Assembly (NCBI RefSeq): GCF_018350175.1
Contig: NC_058368.1
Span: forward strand, 183,894,001 to 183,958,000
DNA from: Felis catus
Lineage: Eukaryota
Direction of reading: 5' to 3'
Length of the DNA: 64,000 nt
A program made the translations under genes and the position numbers. The notes beneath the pieces were generated by a model that worked only from the letters and a program-made list of their open reading frames with translations, did no database searches and was not told the origin of the DNA. Shown piece after piece: positions 1-13,792 of this stretch; position 1 is the first letter of the stretch, and each line of letters starts with the position of its first letter.

Positions 1-149
1 CTTTGAAAAATCTGATGAACATAAGTGATATTATCAATGCCCCAAAGAGGCTGAGTTTGCCCAAGGTCAACAGAAAAATTTAAAACTGAAACTAGAACTC
101 CTGCCAAGCGCGTACCACTCTATGTACATGATGTTAAAAGAAATAACAG

Positions 150-360
150 CTATTGGTACTTTATCAGCCTACCATATGCTCAACAGGGTAGCAGCAGCTC
201 TCCATACATTATTTCTTCCCTGGATAATAATTATAAAATTTATGGGTATTAATGCACCAATTTTGTAGATGAGGAAATAGATTCAATTTTAGAGAATTTC
301 CCTGAGGTCACACGGACAGTAATTGGCAGAGCTATCATTCTAAACAAGGTTTGTATGGCA
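150..360 (-). mobile_element. MIR (ancient mammalian SINE) fragment
   Basis: Reverse-complement MIR core 'attttgtagatgaggaaa...cctgaggtcacacgg...ggcagagct'; highly diverged, boundaries approximate. Confidence 0.65.
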
Positions 361-1745
361 AGAAATCTTCTTTATAGAAACCTTTAGGCCCAGATATCAA
401 GCAAGGTCATGATTCGTATGCTAATAAACTAATAACAAAAACCTAATACCAACGTACCAAGAAAGGTATTATGTTAATTTCCCTTAAATTAATGAAAGTA
501 ATAATAGAAGGCAGAAAGTCAATAATACTCTTTCCAATTTAAAATAAGAAGTCAATAATAATCTTTTGAAATTTTAAATAAAAGATTTTTGGCACGATTA
601 TATAAAAGCCCCTTTAGAAACATTAAGATTCATTCAATTAAATTCATAATAGGATGCTATCCTCATAAAGTTATTCTAGGTGATATACACATAGATCAAA
701 TGTAATAAAAAGCATTTCAGAGCCCCTTTAAGAGCCATGAATTCATCTGTTAATAATGGTTTTGATTGAAGCTATTACATTTACATGTGTACACATACAT
801 TTAAAGATTAAATGTGCATTTTTATATTAGATACTTATTATGTATTAGCAAATGAAAACACTTACATTCAGTGGTTTTGTAGGCAAGCCTTTTCTGAACT
901 AAGCAGATTTCTGCTTAGTTAAATCCTTCCCTCCCCTTGACTGTGAATCCCACTGGCTCTTGCTAGAAAACAGTATTAGACTGAATAGGTATATGTGCTT
1001 GATGTAATTTCTATCCTTGTAAAAAGCAGTTACTGCACATCTGAAATTGCTACTTTTCCTCTCTAATATTACTGTCATTTTATGGTGTGCTGTATAATTA
1101 AGTTTACTGCAACACAGAGGTATTTGGTAGAGTTTCCATTTCCTACCTATGGCTTATTTTTACTCCATATGATAAATTAACAATCTGAAAAATATAATTT
1201 TAAATCCCAGCTATGTTTAGTGAGTCTTTTCTCCCCTCTGGAGCTTTATTATTTTTTAATAGTTAATGTTAAGGAATAGAGTACCTACATGTTATATTAA
1301 CCCAGATATTGCAATGTAGCTATTCTGTTTCCAGTTTTTACACTTAAAAAAAAAAGAAGCAATTTAAATAAATATTTTAGAAAATTCCACCAGGATAAGA
1401 AAATCATCAGAAAAATAACATTGAAATCCCAAGTAAAAATTATAATCATCATGGATTGCCACAATACTATGATTATAGAGAACCTGTGATAATACTGCAG
1501 GGATGGGGGGAATAAAAGAAAGCTATTCAGATGAAAAAGCTGGTATAGAGGAGAAATACTTGATATAACCTGGTTATTTTTTGGAGAGAATAATGCCATA
1601 ATGTCACACTTTATCTCCTAGCTTTACCTACATACTTCAATCTTATTGGAGTTTTTGTTTGTGTGTTTGTTGTCATTTTTGGTATTCTTGTCTCACTAGG
1701 AATTTGGTTTTGGATGAGGTCTGTGACCATCTTAAACTCCTTTTC

Positions 1746-1755
1746 ATATATATAT

Positions 1756-1804
<49 letters not shown>
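1746..1804. repeat. (TA)n microsatellite
   Basis: About 29 TA units with one interruption; source of the YIYIYI ORFs at 1611-2001. Confidence 0.97.
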
Positions 1805-1806
<2 letters not shown>

Positions 1807-2564
1807 TTTTTCTCTCCACAAATTAAAAAATACACATTAACCATTGAAGAACCAATGGTAGAAGCAGCCGAAAGGTGTTCCTCAGTTACATTTTGTGCAA
1901 TTTTGGGCAAGGTCATTCAATTTAGATGTCTCTACTACTTCTGCCTTATCACAGCCTCCTACAGTAGTCCATTGAGACTACCCACCATGGTAGAATTTTG
2001 AGGCTAGCTTTCTTGATTTTCTGTGCAAGAGTAAGATTCCATTGTTCCTGTTAATGGTAATCACTTACAAGTAACATCAGGACTACCTCGTGAATTAATT
2101 GATTAATAGTATCTATTACAGCTGAAGGAAGGAGAAATGATAGCCTAACGAGCCTGACATGTTTGTATCTCCATTCAAATTTTTTCTCCTGTGCTTCACA
2201 AAATGTTCTTTCTTGATTATTCTAATTTGAAGAGAGAAACTGTGTATCCCTTAAGAACTGTAGCATGGTTCAAGGTTTCAAGCAAAGCTTTTTAATGTCT
2301 CTTATTTTGTCTTTAAAAAGAAAAAAAAAAGTAAAATTCGGATTTGACTCCAAAACATAACGTGGATTATTTTATTTCAAAAAATATCATTTGCCTTCTG
2401 ACTTAAATTAATGGACTGAGTTTATCTGTGAATTATGAATGTGCCATTAAGGGCATTAATAAGAGCTTTTGAAGAGCTGTATAAGTCCATGAGTGTGAAT
2501 AACTTGTTTTGGAATATAGCCATCAGAAAAGCATAAATGTGGCTTTCTAAAAAAGTAACTGGAA

Positions 2565-3720
2565 AAATGTGTAAATTTACACCAATAAATTTAATGACCT
2601 AGATTAAATTAGTGAAATGAAGTTAACAAATTTTTAAGAATGTATCAGTGGCCAAAATTACCTTAGAAAGAAAGAAAATATGGGTACATGCCATGAATGG
2701 TATGAAGGCCACATATTATTAGAGGTGAGAACTTTATTTATTTTAAAGTTTATTTTATTTATTTTGAGACAGACAGAGAGAGAGAGAGAGACAGAGACAG
2801 AGAGAGGGAGAGAGAATCCTAAGCAGGCTCTGCACTCAGCATGAAGCCCAACTCAGGGCTGGATTTCACCAACTGTGAGATGGGGACCTGAGCCGAAATC
2901 AAGTCAGATGCTTAATCTAATGGGCTACCCAGGCGCCCCTAGAGGTGAGAACTTTAAAATCCATGTTATTAAACTGAAACATAAAATGACAAAAAGTTTG
3001 TATTTGTTTCAGAGAAATAAGTTCAAAGGAAATGCAAATGAGCATACAAACACTCATGTAAAAATACAATTCACACAGATACAAGCATCAGTAAGATTTC
3101 TATTATAGAAGATTAAATTAATAAGACACAAATAAAATTAGAACTTATACCAGGAATTAAGGGATGATTCAATACTTGGAACTTTATTAACAGAATCACT
3201 CTATTAAGAGAACAAAGGAGGAAAACTGCCTTACAATCATTTCACTTGATATGAAAAAAAAACACATTAATATTGAAGAGCTATTCTTGATTTTTTAAGT
3301 TAATAAGTTTAAAATTGAAGGAATATTTCTTAATTCATGTTAAATATCTTCTATTAGAAATCTACAGCAAAAACCAAGAATGATTCCTAAGGGCATTTCT
3401 ATTAAAATTATCATTACAAAGACATTTGCTCTCAATCAAATTTACTTTATATAGCTTTCCTAATGTATTAAATTTAGAATAATTAAAATAATAAGTACTA
3501 GAAAGAAAAAAATTGGTGATTAATTGTTAACAACATTTGTATCTACCCAAATTTGAGAGAATGATAGAATGAGACTTTTAAAATAAATGAGTAAATGTCA
3601 GAATATTTACTAGGTACGAGATCAAGGTAATAAGTACAAAAATGTTTATTATATTAGTTATTGTAAGTCCAAAAAAATTAAAAAATATTCCATAAGGAAA
3701 TAATTAAATCATTTTCTATA
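2565..3720 (+). mobile_element. Ancient, heavily degraded L1 (L1M-type) ORF2 fragment, interrupted by a Can-SINE
   Basis: Colinear decayed ORF2 motifs: 'aataaatttaatgacctagat' (NKLDNLD), 'ataccaggaattaagggatgattcaata' (IPGMQGWFN), 'aaaattgaaggaatatttcttaat' (GIEGNFLN), 'ctaggtacgagatcaa' (GYKIN). Confidence 0.7.
2737..2939 (-). mobile_element. Can-SINE (tRNA-derived carnivore SINE, older subfamily)
   Basis: Ends 'cccaggcgcccc', (GA)n tract, T-rich tail; TSD agaggtgagaacttta at 2721-2736 and 2941-2956. Confidence 0.96.
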
Positions 3721-3749
3721 CCATGCCATAGAATATTATGGACACTTTA

Positions 3750-3965
3750 TTTATTTGTTTTTTAATGTTTGTTTATTTTTGACAGAGAGACAGAGCATGA
3801 GCGGGGGAGGGGCAGAGAGAGAGGGAGACGCAGAATCTGAAGCAGGCTCTAGGCCCTGAGCTGTCAGCAGCACAGAGTCCAACGCAGGGCTCGAACTCAC
3901 AGACTGTGAGATCATGACCTGAGCCGAAGTCGGATGCTCAACCAACTGAGCCATCCAGGCACCCC
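3750..3965 (-). mobile_element. Can-SINE (feliform SINEC_Fc type)
   Basis: Typical body 'gagatcatgacctgagccgaagtcggatgctcaacc'; TSD gacacttta at 3741-3749 and 3968-3976. Confidence 0.96.
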
Positions 3966-6659
3966 TAGACACTTTAAGAGAGTACAATAATCTGCATATA
4001 CAAACATGAAGCTATGTCCATTTATATGTGTGTGCATGTCTCTACCTATAGATGTGGGTGAATATTTATGCATACAAATACATGTGTATGGGTGTGTATT
4101 GCCTTGTATATATCTTCACTTACTCTTTGAAAATGGGTTCTTTAGCCTGTAACACCATGCTGATTTACTGCTTTCTGGTATGTAGTACCCTGCAAAGTAC
4201 CACCCCAAATTTAATTTCAAAGTTGCCTGGACTTTCTGAACATGACCCTTTTTTCTGGAAAATCCCTGCACTGATATCCAGGCTGGTGGAATCTATTGCT
4301 TAGGCACAAAGAGTCAAGCATTTTTTCTGTGGCCTACCAGAGGTTCAAGTGTTGTCATTACTATTTATCCCCTTCTACTGAATAATTCACTTTTCCCTAT
4401 TGAGAAGCACAATGTGCAATGCAGTGCAACGCTCAGCTTGAATCTGTTTTCTCTTCCAACTTTTTTATTTCTAATATTTAAGCTCCTTCTTGATACATAC
4501 CTTTCATAAAAAATGTTAATTCCTCTCTTAATTTATTCATGATCTTCTTTCTGTACTTTCCCTTCCCCCTCTTATTCCCCCCCTCCTACCTTTTTTTTTT
4601 CCTCTATTTGTTGTAACACTGGACTTTGTTTAAGGCACATTTCAAGTGAAATCTCCTCTCTGAAGATTTCTGAATCTTCCTCAAACCAGGAGAAATGCCA
4701 TTCTATTGTCTATCCAGTCTTGGTAATGTGTTTATACCAGTGAAACACTTAAAATATTGGAATGCACATTATTAAACGTGCATCTATTTCTCCCTCAAAG
4801 TATAAATTTAAATTTTACTCCTGACTGCTCTGCACTTAGTAAGTGCCTGAAGCATAGGAGGAGCTATCCTGAAATACTGTACTGTTTCAATAGTTAAACA
4901 TATAGTTCATGATATATTTAAATATTGACATAAGGGAGTAAAACTATCACCTACTTAAGATCCATCCCTCACTATTAAATGTAGGTCAAATTGTCACATT
5001 TACCAGTAAATTATCAGATAATTGACAACACTATAATGAACTTTAACAGCATCACATTCTGCATGGTGCTAATATGAAAGATTACTCTTCACTAAAACAA
5101 ATCTCAATGATCTAGCTTTTTACCTATGCACTCCTCAGTGCTCCCCCAACCATTTTATGTTATAGCAGCAAAATTGTCACTAATGCACTTAGCTAAAACA
5201 GCATGCTAGAAAATAACCCTAATATAGTGTCTTAAATGAATCATTTTCCATTTGCATTCAAACCAGCTTCTCCTTCTGCAACCCTTTTCTTACTCATTTT
5301 TTCCCATTACAACCATAATTATCTTTGCTCTGAATCTCATTCTGTCTCTCTCCTTCTCTCCCTCCATCCAGTCCGTCTGGTACTATCTATCTCTGTCTCT
5401 CAATCTTTCTTGCCTGTGCATCATCTGGGGCCATGTCAAGTTGATCTTGCTTCCATTAAGTTTTTGTCTGCACAACTTTCTTTTTATCACCCCTGACACA
5501 CCCATCTACTTAATCTTCCAGAACTATTCTTGATTTTTCCACTCACTACTGATTTTTATGCCCCCAGTACTTATTTTTACTTCTCATAATGTATGTAAAA
5601 TTAACCATTGTTTGTTAGTTCACCTACTGTATTTTAAACTGGACGCAAAGTATAAATTCCGATTCATAGTTTATATCCCCCGTAGTAACTAGCACATTCC
5701 TCTGTACATATTTCATAAAGGTTTTTTCAAGAGAATTTTGTGTCTTCAAAAACTGCAAGCTCAGTGTCACAGAAGCAGCTGCTTAGTCTTGTTTTATGTT
5801 TCAAGATCGATTTGTCTCTTAACAGATATCTAATGATCACCTACTGCATCCCAGACATTATTTCTAGAGCTGAAATACAGCAGTGACTAATATAAATGCA
5901 GTTTTCAAACAGAGGTAACTTACAGTGTTGAAAAATACACAAATAACAGAAAATAATTAAATGCTTGTAAAGTGTTTGAAATATTCTTTCAAAGTGTTTA
6001 AGAAATTAAGTCTAGGACCAGGTAGGTAATTACTGTGTTATCCATCAAAATGTATCAATTAGCAACAAAATTGAATCTAAAAAGCAGACTATAAATTTCA
6101 CTTGTGAATTACAGTGACCTTGGACAATATCCTTGTAATATCTCCATTTCACTTTGTTAAATGATGATGATCATTTTCATAATTGGCTTATTCTATGATA
6201 TTGATAGTAGTTAATATGCTGTTTTAACTCATTTACGAGAATTTAAATCTCAAGGGGTAGTGCTTTGTTTCACAGATGTTCTTTTGTTAGTCCCTGAATT
6301 ATTTAGATAAATACAATAGTACATATCTAATGAGACTAGTGTATTCACAGAAATGAGAAGGGAATAGTTATTTTTTTCTTTCTTATTTTATTTTTAAAAA
6401 ATATAGCCTCATCAATGTAATAGTTGTCTTGTTAGGAAAGCAAACAGCATCCTATTTTTTTTTTCCTCTCCAAAAAATGATGATCACAACTGGTAGATTA
6501 AAAAATTATTTTATATTGCTTATTTAGGTGAAAAATAAGAATTCTATGTCCCACAACCTGAAGAGACATTTATACATGTAACTAAAACTTAAAATGCTTA
6601 TACCTCCCCTACGTATTATGTGGAGGATCTTCATAATTAATTCCCATGTATCTTAATTA

Positions 6660-6830
6660 TTATATAACATTCATTGAAGATTTATTATTTCCCAAATAAT
6701 ATGCTAAACATTTTAAATGAATCATCTCATACAATCCTTACAAGAGTCCTTGGTGTTTAGATATTATAACCTCTATTTTATAATGCAATTAAAACAATTA
6801 ATATTTAGTTGGAAGCAATGTCTACCTAAA
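6660..6830 (-). mobile_element. MIR fragment
   Basis: 'gctaaacattttaaatgaatcatctcatacaatccttacaa...ctctattttata' resembles the reverse-complemented MIR 3' half. Confidence 0.5.
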
Positions 6831-8697
6831 GCATTTTATGGTTAAGCCCCCTTTTAAGAGGGAATATATATACATCTTTAACTGATTCCTTTAGAGGTAA
6901 CTGCCAAAAGTTTTTGGGAAAATTTAATAGATGGACTTCTTTTTTTGTTTTGTAAACTCTGAAAAGAAAACATGTATATACATACATACATACTTGGCAT
7001 CTTCCAGTTTGTTTGCTATGAGGTATAAATAGCTACAGACAAGAGTTTCAAACTCCAACAGAGTTTCCTGTTGGAAACAGTGCATTGAAACCAGTATAAG
7101 GAGCAATTCGGGGAGAAAAAAAAATGTATGTCAAAGACGAAAGAGTGAAAATACAATTCCTTGGGATTTTAAAATAACCAAACACTATATGGCCCCAATG
7201 GATTTCAAACTAAAAGGTAAAATTAAGGAATTAGGCTTTGACCAAATTTTCTATGACTTTCTTTCTGGGTCAATATTGATAATGTATTATTTAAACAATA
7301 CGAAAAATTCTTCTAAATTTAGAAATACCATCTTTTAGAAGCGTACCCATAAATATTCTTTTTGTTGTGGTGGTTTCCTTTCTGTAAGGGATTTCAGAAT
7401 TGATAAGAAGCCATCATTTATATTCCTGCTATATTCCAGAACCTAGGAATTTTAGTCAATAGTTCCTTTCTTTAAAGCTTGAATATTGGTTGTTGAGCTG
7501 TATGCAGAAAAAAATGAAAATATGACATCCAGGGTTGTTATCAGGTAGCATGATTTCTCTACCAGTGGAAAGCAGATTTCCAAATGAATACCTAGTTAGA
7601 GACCCATATAGTCTCTGTTGTAATGTTGTTGTCTTCAGTTGCTTTTGTGGGATACTTTAATTGATACTTTCTAAAGATTTTTCTTTTTTTTTAATATATG
7701 TGTCTCTTGTGTTTTTGAAACTTTAGTTTTAACTTTCTGATTTCAGTAGAAAAAATGTAAGTACTCAATATGATACATATAATCATTTTGGTGTACTATA
7801 GGACCTAAAACAAAGATTTCTAGAAAATTGCTTAAATGTTATCATTTGAAATGTGTTTTTTTTTAATTTGCTAAGAATGCAATGAAGACTTTGACCAAGA
7901 CTCTCATTTAATTACTCTGAAATAGTGTTTTTAAGATTTCACAAAATAAAATGCCAACATCAAGGCTGTTTTGCTTTGTTTCATTCCAACTGAAGGATAC
8001 ATTCCTTCTTGTGAAATGCTAGATTAGGAATCTTACTCCATTTAAGAGAATTTTACATCTTCTCCAAAGTTCCTAGTGTTATAACTAAAATTTAAAATTA
8101 TCCCTGAAAGCTTTCTTACATATTTTTAGGCAAATACCAAAAAGTAAGCAATAAACTCATAAAACACTGTTTCAATTCACAGTAAAGGTAATTGTGTGAC
8201 TATCTAAACTAGTTTCTAATCTTGTGGTTTTTACCTTACGTGTGCAACTATTGGTTGGAAGATCTTCCACTATTAACTATGCTCTTTCTTGATAAGTAAA
8301 GGTTGTTGAATGTACACTGGCATTATAATTAGACCTGGAAGAAAATGCTGTTTTACTTCTTTGTTAGTGACTTGTTCAATGAACTATAGAGATTTGTTGA
8401 ACTTTTACCATGTACCTTAAGTGCTACAAAAGAGATAATATTACGCATGCATATTGTTGACATTTGCTTTCAATATACCCTATGACTTTTAAGAAAAAAA
8501 ATATAGCATGCTAACAACTAGAAAAATAAAATGTTTTATTATTTGAAATACATAAAATGTAATTTTTGGAATATGTTTTTATGCCATAAGAAAAGGAAAT
8601 TATGAAATGTTTGTGTCTTAGTTTTACTTCATGGAAACAACAAAAAAAATAAGGTAGAATAGGCTAACAGGCCTGGCTTGTTTTATTTCTAGTGGAT

Positions 8698-9930
8698 TTT
8701 TTTTCATTGAAGTAAAATTAACATACAGGGTCAGATTAGATTCAGATGTACAATACAATTACTGAATGATTCTATACATTACATACTGCTCATCACAGTA
8801 CTATTCTTAGTCTCCTTTATCTATTTCACCCATCCCCCAGCTACCTCGCTTCTGGCAAGCATGAGCTTGTTCTGTGTATTTAAGAGTCTGTTTTTGTTTT
8901 TGTTTTTCTTTTTATACCACCACACACAAAAATAAATTCAAAGTGGATTAAAGACCTACACGAGGGAACTGAAACCATAAAACTAGAAAAACACATAGGG
9001 AATAATATTTTTGATATCAGCCATAAGAATATTTTTCTAGATACGTCTCCTTAGGCAAGAGGAACAAAAACAAAATTAAACTATTGAGACCCTACCAAAA
9101 TAAAAGGCTTTTTCACAATGAAGAAAAACATTCACAAAATGATAAGGCAACCTACTGCATGGGAGAAGCTATTTGCAAATGATATATCTGATAAGGGTTT
9201 AATATCCAAAATATATAAAGAATTTATGCAACTTAACACCAAAAAAAAACAAAAAAAAAAACCAAATAACATAATTTTAAACTGGGTAGAGAATTGAATA
9301 GACATTTTTCCAAAGAAGACATATAAATGGCCACAGACACATGAAAAGATGTTCAACATCACAAATCACCAGGGAAATGCAAATCAAAACCACAGTGAGA
9401 TGTCACTGTACATCTGTCTAAATGGCCATTATCAAAAAGACAAGAATAACAAGGGTGAGGATATGGAGAAAAAGAATCTCTCATGCACTACTCACGGGAA
9501 TGGAAATTGGTGCAGCCACTGTGGAAAACAGTATGGAGGTTCCTCACAAATTTAAAAATAGATTTACCATATGACTCAGTAATTCCACTATTGAGTATCT
9601 GTCCAGTAAAAATGAAAACACTAATGTGAAAATATATATACACCTGTATGTTTACTGCAGCATTATTTACAATAGCCAATATATGAAAGCAACCCAAGTA
9701 TCCATCCATAGACAAACGGATAAAGAAGATGTGTTGTATAAACACAATGGAATATTACTTGGGCATAAAAAGAATGAGATCTTGCCATTTGCAACAACAT
9801 GGATGGACCTAGAGGGTATAATGCTAAGTGAAATAAGTCAAACAAAGAAAAACAAATACCAGTTGATTCCACTCATGGAATTTGAGAACAAATGAATAAT
9901 GAATAAAAAAGAAACAAACAAAAAAATAGA
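8698..9930 (-). mobile_element. Carnivore L1, 5'-truncated with 5' inversion (twin priming)
   Basis: 8698-~8910 is the L1 3' end on minus; ~8910-9930 is the ORF2 C-terminus/3'UTR on plus (ILPFATTWMDLEGIMLSEISQ); TSD ctagtggaYttttt at 8689-8702 and 9931-9944. Confidence 0.9.
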
Positions 9931-11865
9931 CTAGTGGACTTTTTAAATGTATATAGTCTTGCTACACTTAACTAATACATTATGATTTTGGATTATCCTA
10001 TAAATTGGACTCAACATCTTCTGTGCTATAATCTCAGGGAGTGAACTTGATGACTTCAGAAAAATCTCTTTGCAATGGTTAGCCATCCATGCATTTCATT
10101 TTTCAGCATCTTTGACCTTGGTAGTTACTTGAAATATGGATACCAATAATGGAAATTTAAAGATGGGGATTGTAAATTGGAATTTGAATGATCAGTAAGA
10201 TTTTATCAGGTAGATAATACACTGCACACAGAAGGCATCTCTTGTATAAAGTTAGAGAAAGAGAAAAGAAACAACAGCCTTTTGAAAAAAAAAAAGTGTT
10301 GCATTAGCTTAGTTTATGAAATGTAATTTAGTAGATGAATTAGAAAAGGGTTGCCCACATCTTACCAGAGTTTCAAAAACATGTATAGATGTTTCTTTAC
10401 GTGACTATTCTCTTTCACATGAGAAATACATTTAAAAATTATTTACTTGTTTTATGTGGTATAAATGTTTAAAATTTTTTTAGCTTTTAAAAATGAATTT
10501 TTATTTTTTAATATCTCTTGGTGTTCTTTATAAACAGGATTGGAACATTCAGAGAGGAACTGGAAACTTTAAAATGCTAAAATGATGATCATTGCAAATT
10601 AACTCAGTAAAGGAACTCATAAATCTGTTTTTGGGTTGTTGCCACTGCATGAATGGTCTATTTTTGTGTTTTTATTAATACTGTTGACTAGCTACAACAG
10701 GTGACATTTTTATCCCCTTAGGCTCTCCATTAGCCAAATGAAGGGCCATCTGGAAAGGGATTATGTTCTTTGAAAAATGTGACAGGCCTGATGGCTTTTT
10801 AACTGCTAGTCTTCTATGATTGCTGGTAAACACTGGAAATTAGTGTTGATCCCTCAGAATTAAGAAGTTAGTCAAGTACTTAGAGAAAAAGCAGGGGAAA
10901 CATCTTTTAACCAGATGTGCACATCAACCCATATTTTTAAAAACTCATATATCAACAGTAGTGTGAAAAAATAATACAATTATTCTTGATGATTTCTGAT
11001 GGAAGAGAAAATTTGACGGCAACACATGAGATATACCTTGACAAATTCAAACTCTGATAACTGATACTAAGGGAATAAAAAGGTATATTCATTATGAGAC
11101 AGTCTGTTAGCAATTTCCCCAAAGTGCTATTTTATAATATTCCTACTCAAAAGAATAAAGGAAGATGGCTTTGATGGCTGACTCCCAACAGCAGTTCATT
11201 GAGTGTCTTTTCATAGTCACTATTTAAAGGGTATCTAATAGCACCATGTTAGAGGAACTTGAGGCCATTCCAGTCAGAACCTTCAATTTTTAGATGAGCT
11301 GCATCCCAGAGGGGTTAAGTAACTTGCCCAAGTTTAGTTACTTGATGGTGAGAGTGTAATTTTTTCTAAAGGAGACTCTAAAGGAATAGGTATTTCTATC
11401 ACAATGGTTCTCTCCCATTGGTTCCTGAATTGGAGGCTCTAGGAATTAGCGTGCTTTTTGTTTGGTTTGTTTGTTTGTTTGTTTTGAGTTAACTCAATAC
11501 CAATACCAGTCTATGTAACTTGAAAAGATTAATTAATAAAATCTGGGCATCAATGTACCACTTTTCTATAACTTCAAATTATAAACATTCATTTAAACAT
11601 ATTATTTTATAATATCTTTTACTATAATGTATTTTTTATAATTAATAAGAATAGAAATACTATCATGTTAGAGTACAAAAATTGTTTTTCCTTGGAAAGA
11701 ACATTCATTCTTAGATTCGTAAAAATCTAAGAACTCATTAATGAACCTTTTGTTGAAAAATTTATCCTACGATTTCATTGTGTCAATAAATTGGTATCTA
11801 TTTACTACTCTGTATTACAATCACATATACATTAGTCCTATCCCTGGTTCTTAAAAAATAATAAA

Positions 11866-11960
11866 GAAATGAAATGAAATGAAATGAAATGAAATGAAAT
11901 GAAATGACATGACATGACATGACATGACATGACATGACATGACATGAAATGAAATGAAAT
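11866..11960. repeat. Compound pentanucleotide microsatellite (GAAAT)8(GACAT)8(GAAAT)3
   Basis: Counted directly from the sequence. Confidence 0.97.
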
Positions 11961-12562
11961 AACAGGTAACATTCTCTTCAGAATGTGGTCATGATAAAGA
12001 TAAGAAACACAACCAGCACTGGGAGCATTTGAAAATTCATACACACATTTTCAATCCCAGAACCTCCCTCAGGGCTCAGAATGGTCTGTTTTTTAAGAGC
12101 AGATTGGAAATCATCTTTCTTCCTAAATCCTTTCAAAGGATTACCTTGCAGGAAATAAGGACAAAAATCCTTACGAATGTTCTCCAGAGTACTGGGTAGT
12201 CTCCCTTTTTTAAACCTCACTTCCCACAATGTTCTTCCTTCTCTGTTATTCTGTTAATTCTTCTTTCAGCCCCACCCCCATGACATTATCCCTTTACATA
12301 CCAAGTCCCTCTGTCGAAAATGTTTTTCCTTCCTTTATTTATCCAGTTAATTCAATCAAACTGCAGCAGATCTTTGCCCTAATACAAATCTTTCCTAACT
12401 TCACTAAGTACTTCAAACTGTCCCTAATAGAAACTGTTATGGAGCCATGCAGCTCTTTTTCTCTATTTTAGTTCCAGTTAATCCTGTTACTCACAATAGT
12501 GAATCAACAATTCCATATATGACCCAGTGCATATATCACAGTAAGTGCATTCCCTAATCCCC

Positions 12563-12573
12563 ATATATCCATA

Positions 12574-12616
<43 letters not shown>

Positions 12617-12673
12617 GAGATTAAGAAAACAATATATACGTATATATATACATATATACGTATATATATATAC

Positions 12674-12740
<67 letters not shown>
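12563..12740. repeat. Compound (TA)n/(TG)n microsatellite inside L1
   Basis: Direct reading; interrupted TA runs flank a TG run. Confidence 0.95.
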
Positions 12741-12741
<1 letters not shown>

Positions 12742-13792
12742 TATCCATTCACCTTATCCTTATCCATTCACTGATTGATGGACACTTGGGCTGCTTTCAT
12801 AATTTAGTTATTGTAAATAATGTTGCAGAAAACATAGGAATGCTTGTATCACTTTGAATTTGTGTTTCGGATTTTTTGTAAATGCCCGTTGTGCAATTAC
12901 TGGATCTTGGGTACTTCTATTTTTAACTTTTGGAGGAACCTCTATACTGTTTTCCACAGTGGATGCACCAGTTTGAATTACCACCAAGAGTGCAAGAGAG
13001 TTCCTTTTTCTCTGCACTCTCACCAACACTTGTTCTTTCTTTGTTTTTGATTTTAGCCATTCTGACAGGTGAGGTGATATCTCATTGCAATTTTGATTTG
13101 CATTTCCTGGATGATGCGTGACGTTGAGTATCTTTTCATGTGTCTGTTGGCCATCTGGATGCCTGCTCTGGAGAAACATCTGTTCATGTCTTCTGCCCAC
13201 CAAATAATTGGATTATTTGGGGTTTTGGGTTTTTTGTTTTGTTTTGTTTTGTTTTCTTTGGTGTTGAGTTTCATACGTTCTTTATATATTTTGGATACTA
13301 ACCCTTTATCGAATATGTCATTTGCAAATAACTTCTCCCATTCCATAGGCTGCCTTTTAGTTCTATTGACTGTTTCTTTCACTGTGCAGAAACTTTTTGT
13401 TTCAATGCAGTCCCAATAGTTTATTTCTGCTTTTGTTTCTCTTGCCTCAAGGGACATATGTAGAAAAATGTTGCTACAGCCAATGTCAGAGACATCACTG
13501 CCTATGCTCTCCTCTAGTATTTTTATGGTTCCAGGTCTCACCTTTAGGGCTTTAATCCATTTTTTGTTTATTTTTATGATGGTTTCGGAAAGTGATCCAC
13601 TTTTATTCTTTTGAATGTAGCTGTCCAATTCTCCCAATACCATTGGTTGAAAAGACTATCTTTTTCTTATTCGATATTCTGTCTTGCTTTGTTGAAGATT
13701 AATTGACCATATAACCATGGGTTTATTTGTGGGTTTTCTATTCTGTTGTATTGATCTATGTGTCTATTTTTGTGTCAGTACCATACTGTTTT

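Noticed and set aside
1297..2001. ORFs of 100-112 aa
   Set aside because: Low-complexity translations, two of them running through a (TA)n microsatellite; no recognisable domain.
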